From Candidatus Aenigmatarchaeota archaeon (lineage in GTDB: Archaea > Aenigmatarchaeota > Aenigmatarchaeia > CG10238-14 > SCSR01), in assembly GCA_016213525.1 (NCBI GenBank), contig JACRAE010000004.1, forward strand, positions 13,269 through 77,268: 64,000 nt of DNA, given 5' to 3'. Shown one piece after another: positions 36,213 to 45,917 of the stretch. Every line of letters begins with the position of its first letter. The stretch's first letter is position 1. The translations under genes were made by a program, and so were the position numbers. The notes below the pieces were generated by a model. That model did not search any database. It was given only the letters and a program-made list of their open reading frames with translations, and was not told the DNA's origin.

Positions 36213-37496
36213 TTATTTCCCAACCTTGCTTCTGATGAATTTGGAAATAACATCAACGACGTACTCCCTCTGGTCCCTACTTATCCCCTGATGGCATCCT
36301 ATCAGGAACGAGTTGTTGTGGATGAACTTTGTGTTTTTCAGGTCGCCGGATTTTCTGTACCTTATGTTCTTCATCACTGGCTGTATCGTCACGTCCCCGG
36401 TCATCAGGGGCCTCGTCTCGACGTTGTTCTTCTCCAGGAACCCGACAAGCTCGTTCTTCGTGAACGGCGCGTCGGGCGCGACGGTTATCGGGTAGCTGAA
36501 CCACACGTTCCTGGTGCCCGGCCTCTCCTTCTTCAGCATGAGATAGTCGGAATAAGCTCCCAGCTCCCTGTTCCAATAATCGGCGGTCTCCCTCCTGATG
36601 TCTATGAAGTCGTCGAGCTTCTTTATCTGCTGCAGGCCGAAGGCCGCCTGGAGCTCGGTCGGCCTGAAGTTGAACCCGTTGTTGAGGAAGAGGAACCTCT
36701 CGTCGATGTCGCTGTATTTCTGAGATATCTCGCTTCTGTTCTTCAGGTCCCTTATCCATCCGAACACCCTCATTGACCTCGACATCTCATGTATGTCCTC
36801 GTTGTCGGTCACGACCATGCCGCCCTCTATCGTGTTTATGTGGTGGGACAGGTAGAAGCTGAAGGTCCCGACGTCCCCGAACGTCCCTATCTTCTTGTCG
36901 CCTATCATCGCCCCGTGCGCCTCGCAGGAGTCTTCAATCACATAGAGGTCCCTCTCCTCGGCTATCTCCATTATCCTCTTCATGTCCGCCGGGTCGCCGA
37001 GCAGGTGGACCGGCATTATTGCCCTCGTCTTCTCCGTTATGGCGGCCTCTATCGACTCGACGCTGATGTCGTAGGTAGACATGTCGACGTCGGTTATGAC
37101 TGGCGTGAGGCCGACGTTCGCTATCGGCGTCACCGTCGTTATCCAGGTCACCCCGGGTGTTATCACCTCGTCGCCAGGCATCATCCTGCCCTTGAACGAG
37201 GGCTCCGTCAGGACCGAGAGCGCTATCAGGTTCGCGCTGGACCCGGAGTTGGTCATGGTGCCGTACCTCGAACCCAGGTATCCGGAGAAGCTTCCTTCGA
37301 ACTTCCTCACCTTCTCGCCCATTGTCACGAATTTCGAAAACAGAGAATCCACGACCTCCTTTACCTCCTCGCTGCCATAGGACGGCACCTGGAGCGACAC
37401 CTTGCTCTTCCCCGGGACGAACTTCTCATCCTCGCCCTCGAAGTAGGAGTCTATGAGCTTGTCGATCTTGCCCCTCAATTCGTCCTTGTTTTCCAT
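36213..37496 (-). CDS. DegT/DnrJ/EryC1-fold PMP-dependent NDP-4-keto-6-deoxyhexose 3-dehydratase (RfbH/ColD-like), no Fe-S Cys cluster
   Basis: RfbH-like N-terminus (LRGKIDKLIDSYFE...FVPGKSKV.LQVPSYG.EE). The normally Lys-containing active-site motif reads FSFYLSHHINTIEGG, with the same spacing as E1 'SFYPAHHITMGEGG', so the Schiff-base Lys is replaced by His. There is no Cys cluster downstream. Trimmed to the ATG at 37496. Confidence 0.7.
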   Translation of the reverse strand: MENKDELRGKIDKLIDSYFEGEDEKFVPGKSKVSLQVPSYGSEEVKEVVDSLFSKFVTMGEKVRKFEGSFSGYLGSRYGTMTNSGSSANLIALSVLTEPSFKGRMMPGDEVITPGVTWITTVTPIANVGLTPVITDVDMSTYDISVESIEAAITEKTRAIMPVHLLGDPADMKRIMEIAEERDLYVIEDSCEAHGAMIGDKKIGTFGDVGTFSFYLSHHINTIEGGMVVTDNEDIHEMSRSMRVFGWIRDLKNRSEISQKYSDIDERFLFLNNGFNFRPTELQAAFGLQQIKKLDDFIDIRRETADYWNRELGAYSDYLMLKKERPGTRNVWFSYPITVAPDAPFTKNELVGFLEKNNVETRPLMTGDVTIQPVMKNIRYRKSGDLKNTKFIHNNSFLIGCHQGISRDQREYVVDVISKFIRSKVGK

Positions 37497-37559
37497 CAAA
37501 GCACCATCATATTTATTGACTGGGAATTGAACACTTAAACACTTTATTCCGCGTACGCG

Positions 37560-39374
37560 CTAGATTCTGAATATGTAATAGGTGTTGGCCCTCTCCCTGC
37601 TGAATCCGGGCTCCGCTATCTTGTACACGTGGGCCAGCTCCAGCCTCTGATTCATGTCCTCTATCGTGAACTTCCTCAAATCCAGGTCAAGCTGGTCTAT
37701 CATTATGTAGGACGCGTTGTGCTGCCTGCCGAAATTTATAACAGTGTCGGCGTCCTCGAACGGTATGGAGAGTATCTTCCTGTCCGTGGCCAGGTTCAGT
37801 ATGTGAATGTTGGTCCATCTTGCCATGATTACGTCGTCGACGCCGGTGTTCTGGTTAATCCAGCTCTGGGCATAGTCCGCCTTTATGTTGGACCTTATGG
37901 CGTATGTCGGGATTTGAACAAGCAGAAGTATGATTATCGCCACGTAGACAATCTTCCTCATGTGGGGTCTCAGCTTCTCGAGGAAGGCCACGCCGAGTAT
38001 GGCTAAGACGAACGCCTGCGGGAATAGGAAGTTGTAGGTGAAAGTGGTCCTCGTGTTCCATAATAGTAGGGACAGCGCGAACCCTATGATTATGTAGATT
38101 GCCAGGAAGTTCTTCTCCGTTATGGTCCTGCCGAGGGACTTCAGCAGGTAGTAAAGGGCGAATATCATTATCGGCATCGTTATGACCATCGACATTGGGT
38201 TCAGCACGAGGTTCAGGTTGGTCGTCGGGTCCCAGTTCATGAAGAAGTTGTCCTGGACCGCCTGGAACGGCAGAGGGAAGAGGGCGCGATATAGGTTCGT
38301 CGCTTTTGTGAACAGGTAGTCTCCGGGATGTGTCGTCGCCCACTCGACGAACTCCCCAAACGTGGGCTTGTCGAACGAGAACACCTGATCGAAGGCGCTG
38401 ACAAATATCACGGACCTGGAGCTGCTGTACAGCGGGTCGCCGTATATCACGTAGTTTCTCGCGAGCCAAGGCGACGTCACGAGGAGCATGAGGGCGAACA
38501 TGGTGAAAAACTGCCTGGTCAGTATCTGCTTACGGTCCGTCAGGAAGAAGTAGGCCAGGTAACTCAGTATGAGTATCGTGCCGGGGGCGTAGTGTGTTAT
38601 GTAAAGCAGCCCTGTCAGAATCCCAACGTAGTTCCAGTAGTCCCTGCCCTTCATGAAGAAGTAGATCGACGTGAGGGCCATGTATACCGTCGTCAGCCTG
38701 ACCTCCGACTCGAATGAATGTCCCATGATTATCGGATTGAATGCTATCAGGGCCGCGGCCACGAGAGCCACCCTTTCGCCACCTATCTTCTTGGCTATTA
38801 GGTACGTGGGGATGATTACGAGGACTCCCATGAGGACGTTGACCATCTTGGAAATGTAGAACGAAGTCCCGAAGATGTTGTAGAAGAACCCGAGTATGAA
38901 ATTGAAGAATGGGGGCCTGTAGTCCTCGGGGAACGGGAACTTTATCGGGGACCAGAAACTGTCGATTGCGTTGACCTCGAACCAGTCGTCCGTCGTGAAG
39001 GTCCTTCCCAGGTCCATGTGGAACGACGAGTCTCCGGCCAGGGGAGTCGGGAAAAGGAACTGCAGTGAGAACCTCAGGATGAACGCGGCCGCCAGTATAA
39101 CCAAGAGATACCTATGTTTTTTGAAGTTCGGTCTGAAGTCTACCTTCGTCTTCTTGTAGAGCACGAACGCGACTACTGGAATTATGGAAGCCAGAGAGTA
39201 TATCAGCGGTACGCCTAACATGTGCAGGAACAGTCCGAATCCCCCAAAAACAATGAAAGACAATACGAAGCTCATGGCGAGGCGCTCCATACCCCCAAGT
39301 CTCTTATCGAGCGATGCTAGGAGGTACCCCGGAATCAGGCCTATCGCCGCGACCAAAAATATCTCGTAGAACAT
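37560..39374 (-). CDS. GT-C fold membrane glycosyltransferase, PMT_2/ArnT-like (604 aa; paralogue of 44056..45855)
   Basis: DYRPPFFNFILGFFYNIFGTSFYISKMVNVLMGVLVIIPTYLIAKKIGGERVALVAAALIAFNPIIM matches the PMT_2 core. About 13 TM segments plus a C-terminal soluble domain ending NTYYIFRI. Confidence 0.6.
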   Translation of the reverse strand: MFYEIFLVAAIGLIPGYLLASLDKRLGGMERLAMSFVLSFIVFGGFGLFLHMLGVPLIYSLASIIPVVAFVLYKKTKVDFRPNFKKHRYLLVILAAAFILRFSLQFLFPTPLAGDSSFHMDLGRTFTTDDWFEVNAIDSFWSPIKFPFPEDYRPPFFNFILGFFYNIFGTSFYISKMVNVLMGVLVIIPTYLIAKKIGGERVALVAAALIAFNPIIMGHSFESEVRLTTVYMALTSIYFFMKGRDYWNYVGILTGLLYITHYAPGTILILSYLAYFFLTDRKQILTRQFFTMFALMLLVTSPWLARNYVIYGDPLYSSSRSVIFVSAFDQVFSFDKPTFGEFVEWATTHPGDYLFTKATNLYRALFPLPFQAVQDNFFMNWDPTTNLNLVLNPMSMVITMPIMIFALYYLLKSLGRTITEKNFLAIYIIIGFALSLLLWNTRTTFTYNFLFPQAFVLAILGVAFLEKLRPHMRKIVYVAIIILLLVQIPTYAIRSNIKADYAQSWINQNTGVDDVIMARWTNIHILNLATDRKILSIPFEDADTVINFGRQHNASYIMIDQLDLDLRKFTIEDMNQRLELAHVYKIAEPGFSRERANTYYIFRI

Positions 39375-39437
39375 GTCAAACCCGTACTATGGTTTGGAAT
39401 CAGTTAATATTATAATCTTTGATGGAGCACTTATTTC

Positions 39438-39980
39438 ATGAAATTCACGTGCACCGTCAGAGGCAAGATACTCCTTGATGCTTACAAGACCTGGATCAAA
39501 AACAACTCGTCCGTCCTTGACGTCGGTTGCGGGGACGGAAGCATGGGCAAAATGATCGGCGATGAGTTCAAGTGCGAAATACAGGGCACCGATATAATGG
39601 ACTTCGTGAAGGGAAGGATTCCATTCAAGATTATGAGCAGCGAGACCAAGCTGCCATACAGGAACAAGGAATTCGACTTTGCGATGCTGAACGACATGCT
39701 CCACCACACGAGAAAACAAAAGGAGATTCTTTTGGAGGCGTTGAGGGTCGCTGACAACGTCCTGATATTCGACACCAGGCCGACGTTCTCAGCCAAGGTG
39801 CTGGACCATGTGTTGAACTGGCAGCACAACGTGAAGATGCCGATACCGCTGACCCATAGGACGCCTGAAGGCTGGAAGTCTTTGTTCGAGAAGATGGGTC
39901 TCAAGTCAGAGTACAGGGAGCCGGAGCACTCGTTCATGTACCCGGTATCCCACTTCGCATTCAGGGTCTGGAAGAAGTAA
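39438..39980 (+). CDS. Class I SAM-dependent methyltransferase
   Basis: SAM motif I VLDVGCGDGSMG, an acidic residue after strand 2 (IQGTDI), and FDFAMLNDMLHH. 180 aa. Confidence 0.65.
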   Translation: MKFTCTVRGKILLDAYKTWIKNNSSVLDVGCGDGSMGKMIGDEFKCEIQGTDIMDFVKGRIPFKIMSSETKLPYRNKEFDFAMLNDMLHHTRKQKEILLEALRVADNVLIFDTRPTFSAKVLDHVLNWQHNVKMPIPLTHRTPEGWKSLFEKMGLKSEYREPEHSFMYPVSHFAFRVWKK

Positions 39981-39994
39981 AATTACCCCTACTA

Positions 39995-40705
39995 TCAAAT
40001 TTTGTTGAAGAGAAGCCTCATCACGGTATTGAAGTACAGAGGAGCGCTCTTCTTGAGGTTCATCTTCGACACGCCGCTCTTCCTGCCCATCCAGCTTATG
40101 GGTATGGTCTTGTACTTGTAGCCCTTGCGTATGGCCCTAATCGCTATCTCAAGGCTTATCTCGTAGCCGTCTGACACAAGATCCATCTTCTCAACGACCT
40201 CCCTCCTGTAGGCCTTGAACGACTGGGTTATGTCGCTGCACCTGACCCTGAACGCGGCCATTATGAAGAAGTTCGTCATCATCGAGAACACCTTCTTGAA
40301 TCTGGGGTAGTTCGTCACCTTCGCCCCGGGTACGTACCTAGAACCGAACGCCATGTCGTAGCCGCTGTTTATAATTTTGACATACTTCATCACATCGTCC
40401 AGCGAGTCGCACATGTCCCCGTTGAATGGGACGACTATCTTCCCCCGCGCCAGGCTGAAACCCTTCCTTATTGCCTTGCCGTACCCAGCGGGCTTCCACC
40501 CCTGAACGGCCCTAAAGTCGGAATATTTCCTCTGCATGCCCTTCAATATCTCCCATGTACCGTCGGTGCTGTCGTCAACTGCTATTATCTCGAAGTCTAT
40601 TCCTTTTTTGGTGAGGTATTTGTGGACCGTGCCTATGACCGTCTTAACGTACTCGTTCTCGTTCTTGAATGGTATGATTAGGGATAGTTCTTTCAACTGG
40701 ACCAA
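39995..40705 (-). CDS. Glycosyltransferase family 2, polyprenyl/dolichyl-phosphate sugar synthase-like (DPM1/ArnC/GtrB/AglD type)
   Basis: LSLIIPFKNE...FEIIAVDDSTDGT...GYGKAIRKGF..A.G..VVPFNGDMCD......GYDMAFGSRY...FKAYRREV...SDGYEISLEI. The first codon at 40705 is TTG, with no nearby in-frame ATG. Paralogue of 48877..49593. Confidence 0.7.
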   Translation of the reverse strand: MVQLKELSLIIPFKNENEYVKTVIGTVHKYLTKKGIDFEIIAVDDSTDGTWEILKGMQRKYSDFRAVQGWKPAGYGKAIRKGFSLARGKIVVPFNGDMCDSLDDVMKYVKIINSGYDMAFGSRYVPGAKVTNYPRFKKVFSMMTNFFIMAAFRVRCSDITQSFKAYRREVVEKMDLVSDGYEISLEIAIRAIRKGYKYKTIPISWMGRKSGVSKMNLKKSAPLYFNTVMRLLFNKI

Positions 40706-40761
40706 ATATAATTAGATTACTTAAATACTTGTCCTAATTAATCTATGATTGTGGTATTCAG

Positions 40762-41814
40762 ATGGCAGATTTAGAAAGCAAATTCAACGGCAGGACGGTG
40801 TTCGTGACCGGCGCGGACGGCTTCATAGGTTCGCACCTGACGGAGAAGCTCGTGTCGCTCGGCGCAAAGGTGCATGTTTTTGTGGAGTCTACGGCGCATG
40901 GTACCCTGACTAACATAGGGCACGTGGCCGACAAGGTGGTCGTCCACAGGGGTAACCTGACCGACGCGCACTCCCTCTTCATGGCCCTCAAGAAGATTAA
41001 GGAATCTGCTCACGACAAGACGTACATAATGCACCTTGCCGCCCAGGCCCACGTAGGGGAGTCCTGGGAGAGGCCCGTTGAGACTATAATGTCCAACACG
41101 ATGGGTACTTTCAACCTCCTACAGGCGATAGTCGACTCAGACATAGATGTCGAAAAGGTCGACTACGCAGGCACTTCAGAAGAGTACGGTAACAACTTGA
41201 ACCTCGACAACCTCGAGGACGAGACGATACACCTTCACGAGGACAGCCCGGTGAACCCGAAGAGCATATATGCGACCTCTAAGCTCGCGGGGGATTTCCT
41301 GACGATGAACTTTTTCCACGCATATGGCCTGCCTGGAGTGGTGACCAGGATGTTCAACAACTACGGACCCAGGCAAAGCCCCAGGTACATAACGGGCACG
41401 ATAATCACACAGGCCCTCTGCAGGGACAACATCATTCTTGGGAATCTGACGCCCAGGAGGGACTTCTGCTTCGTCGAGGACGGCGTCAGAGGCCACATGC
41501 ACACGACCCTCATGGGCAAGCCGGGCGAGATTTACTGCTATGGCTACGGGAACGACATATCAATTCAGGGATGGGCGGACCTCATCTTGAAGATAGGAAA
41601 GCAGAACGGCTACTGGGGCGACAAGAAGTTATCATCGACGAAGACCAGGTTCAGACCGGGGGAAAGCGACGTCCTGAGGCTGAAGGTCGGCTTCACCAAG
41701 CTCAATAAGCTGACCGGGTGGACGCCACAAGTCACTTGGGAAGAGGGGATACTTAGGACAATCGACTGGTATTCCAAGAACAAGGACAAGTGGGTCGGCC
41801 TGAAAGACTGGTGA
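40762..41814 (+). CDS. SDR NDP-sugar 4,6-dehydratase, Gmd-like
   Basis: VFVTGADGFIGSHL, GTSEEYG, YATSKLAGD, and FNNYGPRQSPRYITGTIITQA...ILGNLTPRRDFCFVED (Gmd-type LGNL..RD block). Confidence 0.7.
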   Translation: MADLESKFNGRTVFVTGADGFIGSHLTEKLVSLGAKVHVFVESTAHGTLTNIGHVADKVVVHRGNLTDAHSLFMALKKIKESAHDKTYIMHLAAQAHVGESWERPVETIMSNTMGTFNLLQAIVDSDIDVEKVDYAGTSEEYGNNLNLDNLEDETIHLHEDSPVNPKSIYATSKLAGDFLTMNFFHAYGLPGVVTRMFNNYGPRQSPRYITGTIITQALCRDNIILGNLTPRRDFCFVEDGVRGHMHTTLMGKPGEIYCYGYGNDISIQGWADLILKIGKQNGYWGDKKLSSTKTRFRPGESDVLRLKVGFTKLNKLTGWTPQVTWEEGILRTIDWYSKNKDKWVGLKDW

Positions 41815-41819
41815 GCTGG

Positions 41820-42812
41820 ATGTCCTTCTACGAGGGCAAGAGGGTCCTGGTCACCGGCGGCACTGGAATGATAGGATCCCATCTAGCGGAGATTCTCGTG
41901 GACCAGGGCGCGGACGTTAGGATTAACGAGTTCCGAACTCCGGCGGAAAATATTTTTTCCAATGAATATTTAAAAAAGATGGAAGTTATCAAAACAGACC
42001 TCACTGAAAGAGAGGGATGCGAAAAGGCCGTAAGGGGGATGGAAGTCGTTTTCAACCTCGCGACTAGGATAACGGGCGTCATCGGCAACATCGAACATCC
42101 CGTTCAGATGTTCACGCCGAATGTTTTGATGCAGACAAACATGATAGAGGCTGCCCATAAGGAAAACGTCGACAGGTATCTGTACCAGAGCTCGGCTTGT
42201 ATATACTCCTCTGAGTGCGAGATCCCCTACGAGGAAAAAGATGGAATGAAAAGCATCCCCGACAGGACCAACGAGGCCTACGCTTGGATGAAGAGGATGG
42301 GAGAGCAGCAGGCCATATTCTACCATAGAGAATTTGGAATGAAGATTGGCATATCCAGGCCTTTCAACACTTACGGGCCGCGGGATAACTTCGGAGGTGA
42401 GACGTCGCACGTTATACCCGCAATGATAGTAAAGGCAGAAAGCAGGACAGATCCGTTCAGTATATGGGGAGATGGTAGCTCGACGAGGGACTTCGTCTAT
42501 GTCACCGACATGGCCAAGGGCGCCATGAGGGTCTTGGAAAAGCATCCGAAGGCCGATCCAATCAACATAGCTAGCGGGAGAGAAATAAGCACACTGGATC
42601 TAGCCAAGATAATTTTGAAAGAGAGCGGATTTGTGGATGCGAAATTGGAAGTCGACGATACGAAGCCCGGCGGGCAAAGGAGGAGGTGCGGGAGCGTCGA
42701 AAAGATGCGGAATGTACTTGAATTCGAGCCCGAAGTTGGACTGGAGTCTGGTATAGCTAAGACCGTTAGATGGTTCAGAGAAAACAAAGATAAAATCAAA
42801 CGATACAAGTAG
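41820..42812 (+). CDS. SDR NDP-4-keto-6-deoxyhexose epimerase/reductase, GDP-L-fucose synthase (Fcl/ColC)-like
   Basis: VLVTGGTGMIGSHL, QSSACIYSSECEIPYEE, NEAYAWMKRMGE (YxxxK) and RPFNTYGPRDNF. Trimmed to the ATG at 41820, 5 nt after the upstream stop; the track's GTG at 41790 is inside the previous gene. Confidence 0.6.
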   Translation: MSFYEGKRVLVTGGTGMIGSHLAEILVDQGADVRINEFRTPAENIFSNEYLKKMEVIKTDLTEREGCEKAVRGMEVVFNLATRITGVIGNIEHPVQMFTPNVLMQTNMIEAAHKENVDRYLYQSSACIYSSECEIPYEEKDGMKSIPDRTNEAYAWMKRMGEQQAIFYHREFGMKIGISRPFNTYGPRDNFGGETSHVIPAMIVKAESRTDPFSIWGDGSSTRDFVYVTDMAKGAMRVLEKHPKADPINIASGREISTLDLAKIILKESGFVDAKLEVDDTKPGGQRRRCGSVEKMRNVLEFEPEVGLESGIAKTVRWFRENKDKIKRYK

Positions 42813-42819
42813 TGGGTAT

Positions 42820-44055
42820 ATGAGAATAACTCGATGCAGGATATGCAAGTCCGAAGACCTGTACAAATTCCTGGATTTGGGGATGCACCCGCCGTCTGAT
42901 GCTTTCCTGAAAAAGGATCAACTGGACTCTGTTGAAGAGAAATTTCCCTTGGATGTGTATTTCTGCGGCAGCTGCTGCCTGGTTCAACTGGGTTTCGTGG
43001 TGCCGCCAGAGAAGCTTTTCACAAAAAACTACGTCTACGTGTCTTCGATATCGACCACAATGAGGTCTAACTGGATGGACATGGCTGCTGAAATAAATAA
43101 GAAGTTTGGCGTCCCTGAGGGGTCTTTGGTGGTGGATATTGGCGGAAACGACGGGACCCTCCTAAAATGCTTCCATGACAGCGGTTTTAGTGTCACGACT
43201 CTGAACATAGACCCGTCCGACGTTGCCAAGACCAAGGTATCTGAGGATGTCGACGTCATTAATGATTTTTTTAGCGAAAATGTGGCGTCCGAAGTGGCGA
43301 AGAAGTTCGGCAAGGCTAGAATAATCACGGGTACTAACGTGTTCGCCCATGTCGACGATCTAGATGATTTCATGCGCGGCGTCGGTGCTCTGCTGGAAGA
43401 CGATGGTGTGCTAGTCCTAGAGTTCCCCTACTTGATGGACCTACTGGAGAAAATCGAGTTTGACACGATATACCACGAGCACCTCTCCTACCTTTCGGTT
43501 GGACCCCTTATCAAACTCTATGAGAGGTTTGGTATGATTATAGTCGACATAGACAGGATACCGGTGCATGGTGGGTCCCTGAGGATTTTTGTAAAGAAGA
43601 AGGGCCTTGGAACGGTCGCCGCCAAAAATGTGCAAGATCTCGTCAGGCTTGAAAAGGAGCGGGGTCTGTACGACTTGGAAACTTACAAGGACTTTTCAGT
43701 CAGGGTCTCTAATCTCAAAAAAAATCTCGTCGCTATGTTGAGGGACCTGAAATCAGGCGGAAAGAAGATAGCCGGCGACACGGCCCCCGCCAAGGGCAAC
43801 ACTCTCCTGAATTACTGCGGTATCGATGACAATGTCCTCGACTTCATAGCCGAAATAAATCCGATAAAACAGGGTCTCTACACTCCAGGAACACACATAC
43901 CTGTGGTACCACTCGAAAAAATCTACGAAGATAAGCCAGACTATCTGCTCATCTTGGCCTGGAATTTCAAGGACGATATAATGCGTCAGCAAAAAGACTT
44001 TCGTGAATCTGGCGGTAGGTTCATAGTTCCAGTGCCGGAGCCCGAGATAGTCTGA
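42820..44055 (+). CDS. NDP-hexose C-methyltransferase (TylCIII/EvaC-like; Zn-binding N-domain + class I MTase + C-methyltransferase C-domain)
   Basis: N-terminal four-Cys motif RCRICKS...YFCGSCCLVQL. SAM motif VVDIGGNDGTLL. NVFAHVDDLDDF. C-terminal ...TIYHEHLSYLS...DRIPVHGGSLRIF... is the typical three-domain layout of sugar C-methyltransferases. Confidence 0.7.
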   Translation: MRITRCRICKSEDLYKFLDLGMHPPSDAFLKKDQLDSVEEKFPLDVYFCGSCCLVQLGFVVPPEKLFTKNYVYVSSISTTMRSNWMDMAAEINKKFGVPEGSLVVDIGGNDGTLLKCFHDSGFSVTTLNIDPSDVAKTKVSEDVDVINDFFSENVASEVAKKFGKARIITGTNVFAHVDDLDDFMRGVGALLEDDGVLVLEFPYLMDLLEKIEFDTIYHEHLSYLSVGPLIKLYERFGMIIVDIDRIPVHGGSLRIFVKKKGLGTVAAKNVQDLVRLEKERGLYDLETYKDFSVRVSNLKKNLVAMLRDLKSGGKKIAGDTAPAKGNTLLNYCGIDDNVLDFIAEINPIKQGLYTPGTHIPVVPLEKIYEDKPDYLLILAWNFKDDIMRQQKDFRESGGRFIVPVPEPEIV

Positions 44056-45855
44056 CTATGTTTTGAATATGTAGTAGGTATTCTTGTGTTCCTTGAATAT
44101 CCCCTTCTCATACACGTTGTAGGTTCCTACATTCTGGAAGTTCTCACCCAAGAAATCCAAGTCCACTGTGTAGGCGCTGGAATTCAGATTTTTGTTGAGT
44201 AGCGACCCGACGAAAACGTCGGTATCGTCCACAACGATGTAATCGGCCCCGCTTTCATTCACAAAATTCAAAAACTGCTGCTGGCTCCCGTAACGAATCG
44301 CTATTGTGCTCCTCCCGGTCAAAAAATTGGTGACGTACGTGTCTGTCCATCTCAACATTATCTTGTCCTCAATCTCCGTGTTCTGCGTTATCCATGATTG
44401 CGCAAAGTCCCTCCTCACATCGTTTTTCAACGTGTAATTGCCCACCTGCAATATTATGAAGATTACTATCAGAACCGCTATAGCCTTCTTGTATTTGCTT
44501 CCTATTTTCTCGAAGGCCGAGAATGCTGCCACGCTAAGCAACGCTACCTGTGGGAAAAGTATGCTAAGTTCTATCGGAATTATTATGTTGGTAACCGCGA
44601 TTGCGAACGCGAAACCTACTATCACATAGACTAAGATTACATCGAGTTGTCTTTTCGCCCTCATTGCAGCCTTCACCAGATAAATCATGGAGAGCGCTGC
44701 TATCGGAAGCGTTAGGAAAGATATGAAAGATCTGTTAATCATGTTCTCATTTGAGAGGAAGTTCAGATTGAAATTGCCGCCTGTGAACGGAACTGGGAAA
44801 ACCGCCCGCAGGAAAATAAACAATTTGTCGCGGATTACCTGAGAAATTTCTTTCTGGGCGCTTGGTTCGTTTCCTGGTAGGAGAAGAATCTCATACTCGC
44901 TGTTTAGATTCACGAACCTGCTAGAGGAAGATGTGAGCGGCGACCCGAAAAACTCGTAGTTTCTGACAACCCATGGCGAAACTATGATCAGAGACAAAAT
45001 TATAGCCATGGTGTTCTGCTTGGTTATCACGCCCCTGAACCTGGACTTTACTAGAAATATCAGATATGTTATGCCCAGAATTATGGATTCCGGATAGTGT
45101 ATTAGGAAAGTAATGGTCAGAAACAAGAACGATAATGCCAGATTCTTGGACATGAAGAAATACAACGATGTTAGGGCCGCGTATGCGGTTATTATCCTGA
45201 CCTCGGTGTCCACCGACTGTCCTATGAAGAATGGGCTTACCGCTATGAATACCGAGGCGAAAAGCCCCGCCTTCCCGTAGGATCTTCCGATAAGAAATAT
45301 GGGAACTATCATTAGGGTGCCTAGGATGACATTCGTGAACTTCGCTATCTCGTAGCTCTGACCGAATACACTAAAAAATAATCCTGTGACGAAGTTGAAG
45401 AAAGGTGGCCTGTCGTCAACTGGACATGGAAAATCCGAGCATTGCATAGCCCCTATCGTGTTGACGTTGACGGAAAACCAGTTTGGGGTCGTGAAAGTCT
45501 TAGCCAGGTCCATATGAAGGAATGTATCGAACCCAAACGGGAAGTCGAATAGGAACTGCATCGCGAACCTCAGCAAAAATGCCGCCAACAGGACCAACAA
45601 AAGGCTTGTTGGGAACGATATTTTGGTTTCCGGCTTCCTCACCAACAAAATTAGCGGAAGTAAAAATACGGACACTAGGGAATACTCCAACGGGATGCCG
45701 AACAAGTGCAAAAATACCCCTACACCCCCCAAGAACAGAAATCCTAAAAAGAAACTCACAGCGAGCCTTTCAACACAGTCTAGACGCTTGAAGTAAGACG
45801 CGATGAAATATCCGGGCAGTACGGATATGAGAAGCATAGACACTATCTCGAACAT
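44056..45855 (-). CDS. GT-C fold membrane glycosyltransferase, PMT_2/ArnT-like (599 aa; paralogue of 37560..39374)
   Basis: DDRPPFFNFVTGLFFSVFGQSYEIAKFTNVILGTLMIVPIFLIGRSYGKAGLFASVFIAVSPFFI. It shares the N-terminus (..LPGYFIAS..KRL..VERLAVSF..) and the C-terminal NTYYIFKT with 37560..39374. Confidence 0.6.
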   Translation of the reverse strand: MFEIVSMLLISVLPGYFIASYFKRLDCVERLAVSFFLGFLFLGGVGVFLHLFGIPLEYSLVSVFLLPLILLVRKPETKISFPTSLLLVLLAAFLLRFAMQFLFDFPFGFDTFLHMDLAKTFTTPNWFSVNVNTIGAMQCSDFPCPVDDRPPFFNFVTGLFFSVFGQSYEIAKFTNVILGTLMIVPIFLIGRSYGKAGLFASVFIAVSPFFIGQSVDTEVRIITAYAALTSLYFFMSKNLALSFLFLTITFLIHYPESIILGITYLIFLVKSRFRGVITKQNTMAIILSLIIVSPWVVRNYEFFGSPLTSSSSRFVNLNSEYEILLLPGNEPSAQKEISQVIRDKLFIFLRAVFPVPFTGGNFNLNFLSNENMINRSFISFLTLPIAALSMIYLVKAAMRAKRQLDVILVYVIVGFAFAIAVTNIIIPIELSILFPQVALLSVAAFSAFEKIGSKYKKAIAVLIVIFIILQVGNYTLKNDVRRDFAQSWITQNTEIEDKIMLRWTDTYVTNFLTGRSTIAIRYGSQQQFLNFVNESGADYIVVDDTDVFVGSLLNKNLNSSAYTVDLDFLGENFQNVGTYNVYEKGIFKEHKNTYYIFKT

Positions 45856-45917
45856 AAACGTAATTTCACTCGAACAGTTATAAGATATATTTAAACGCGG
45901 ATTTTGATTAATATCTT

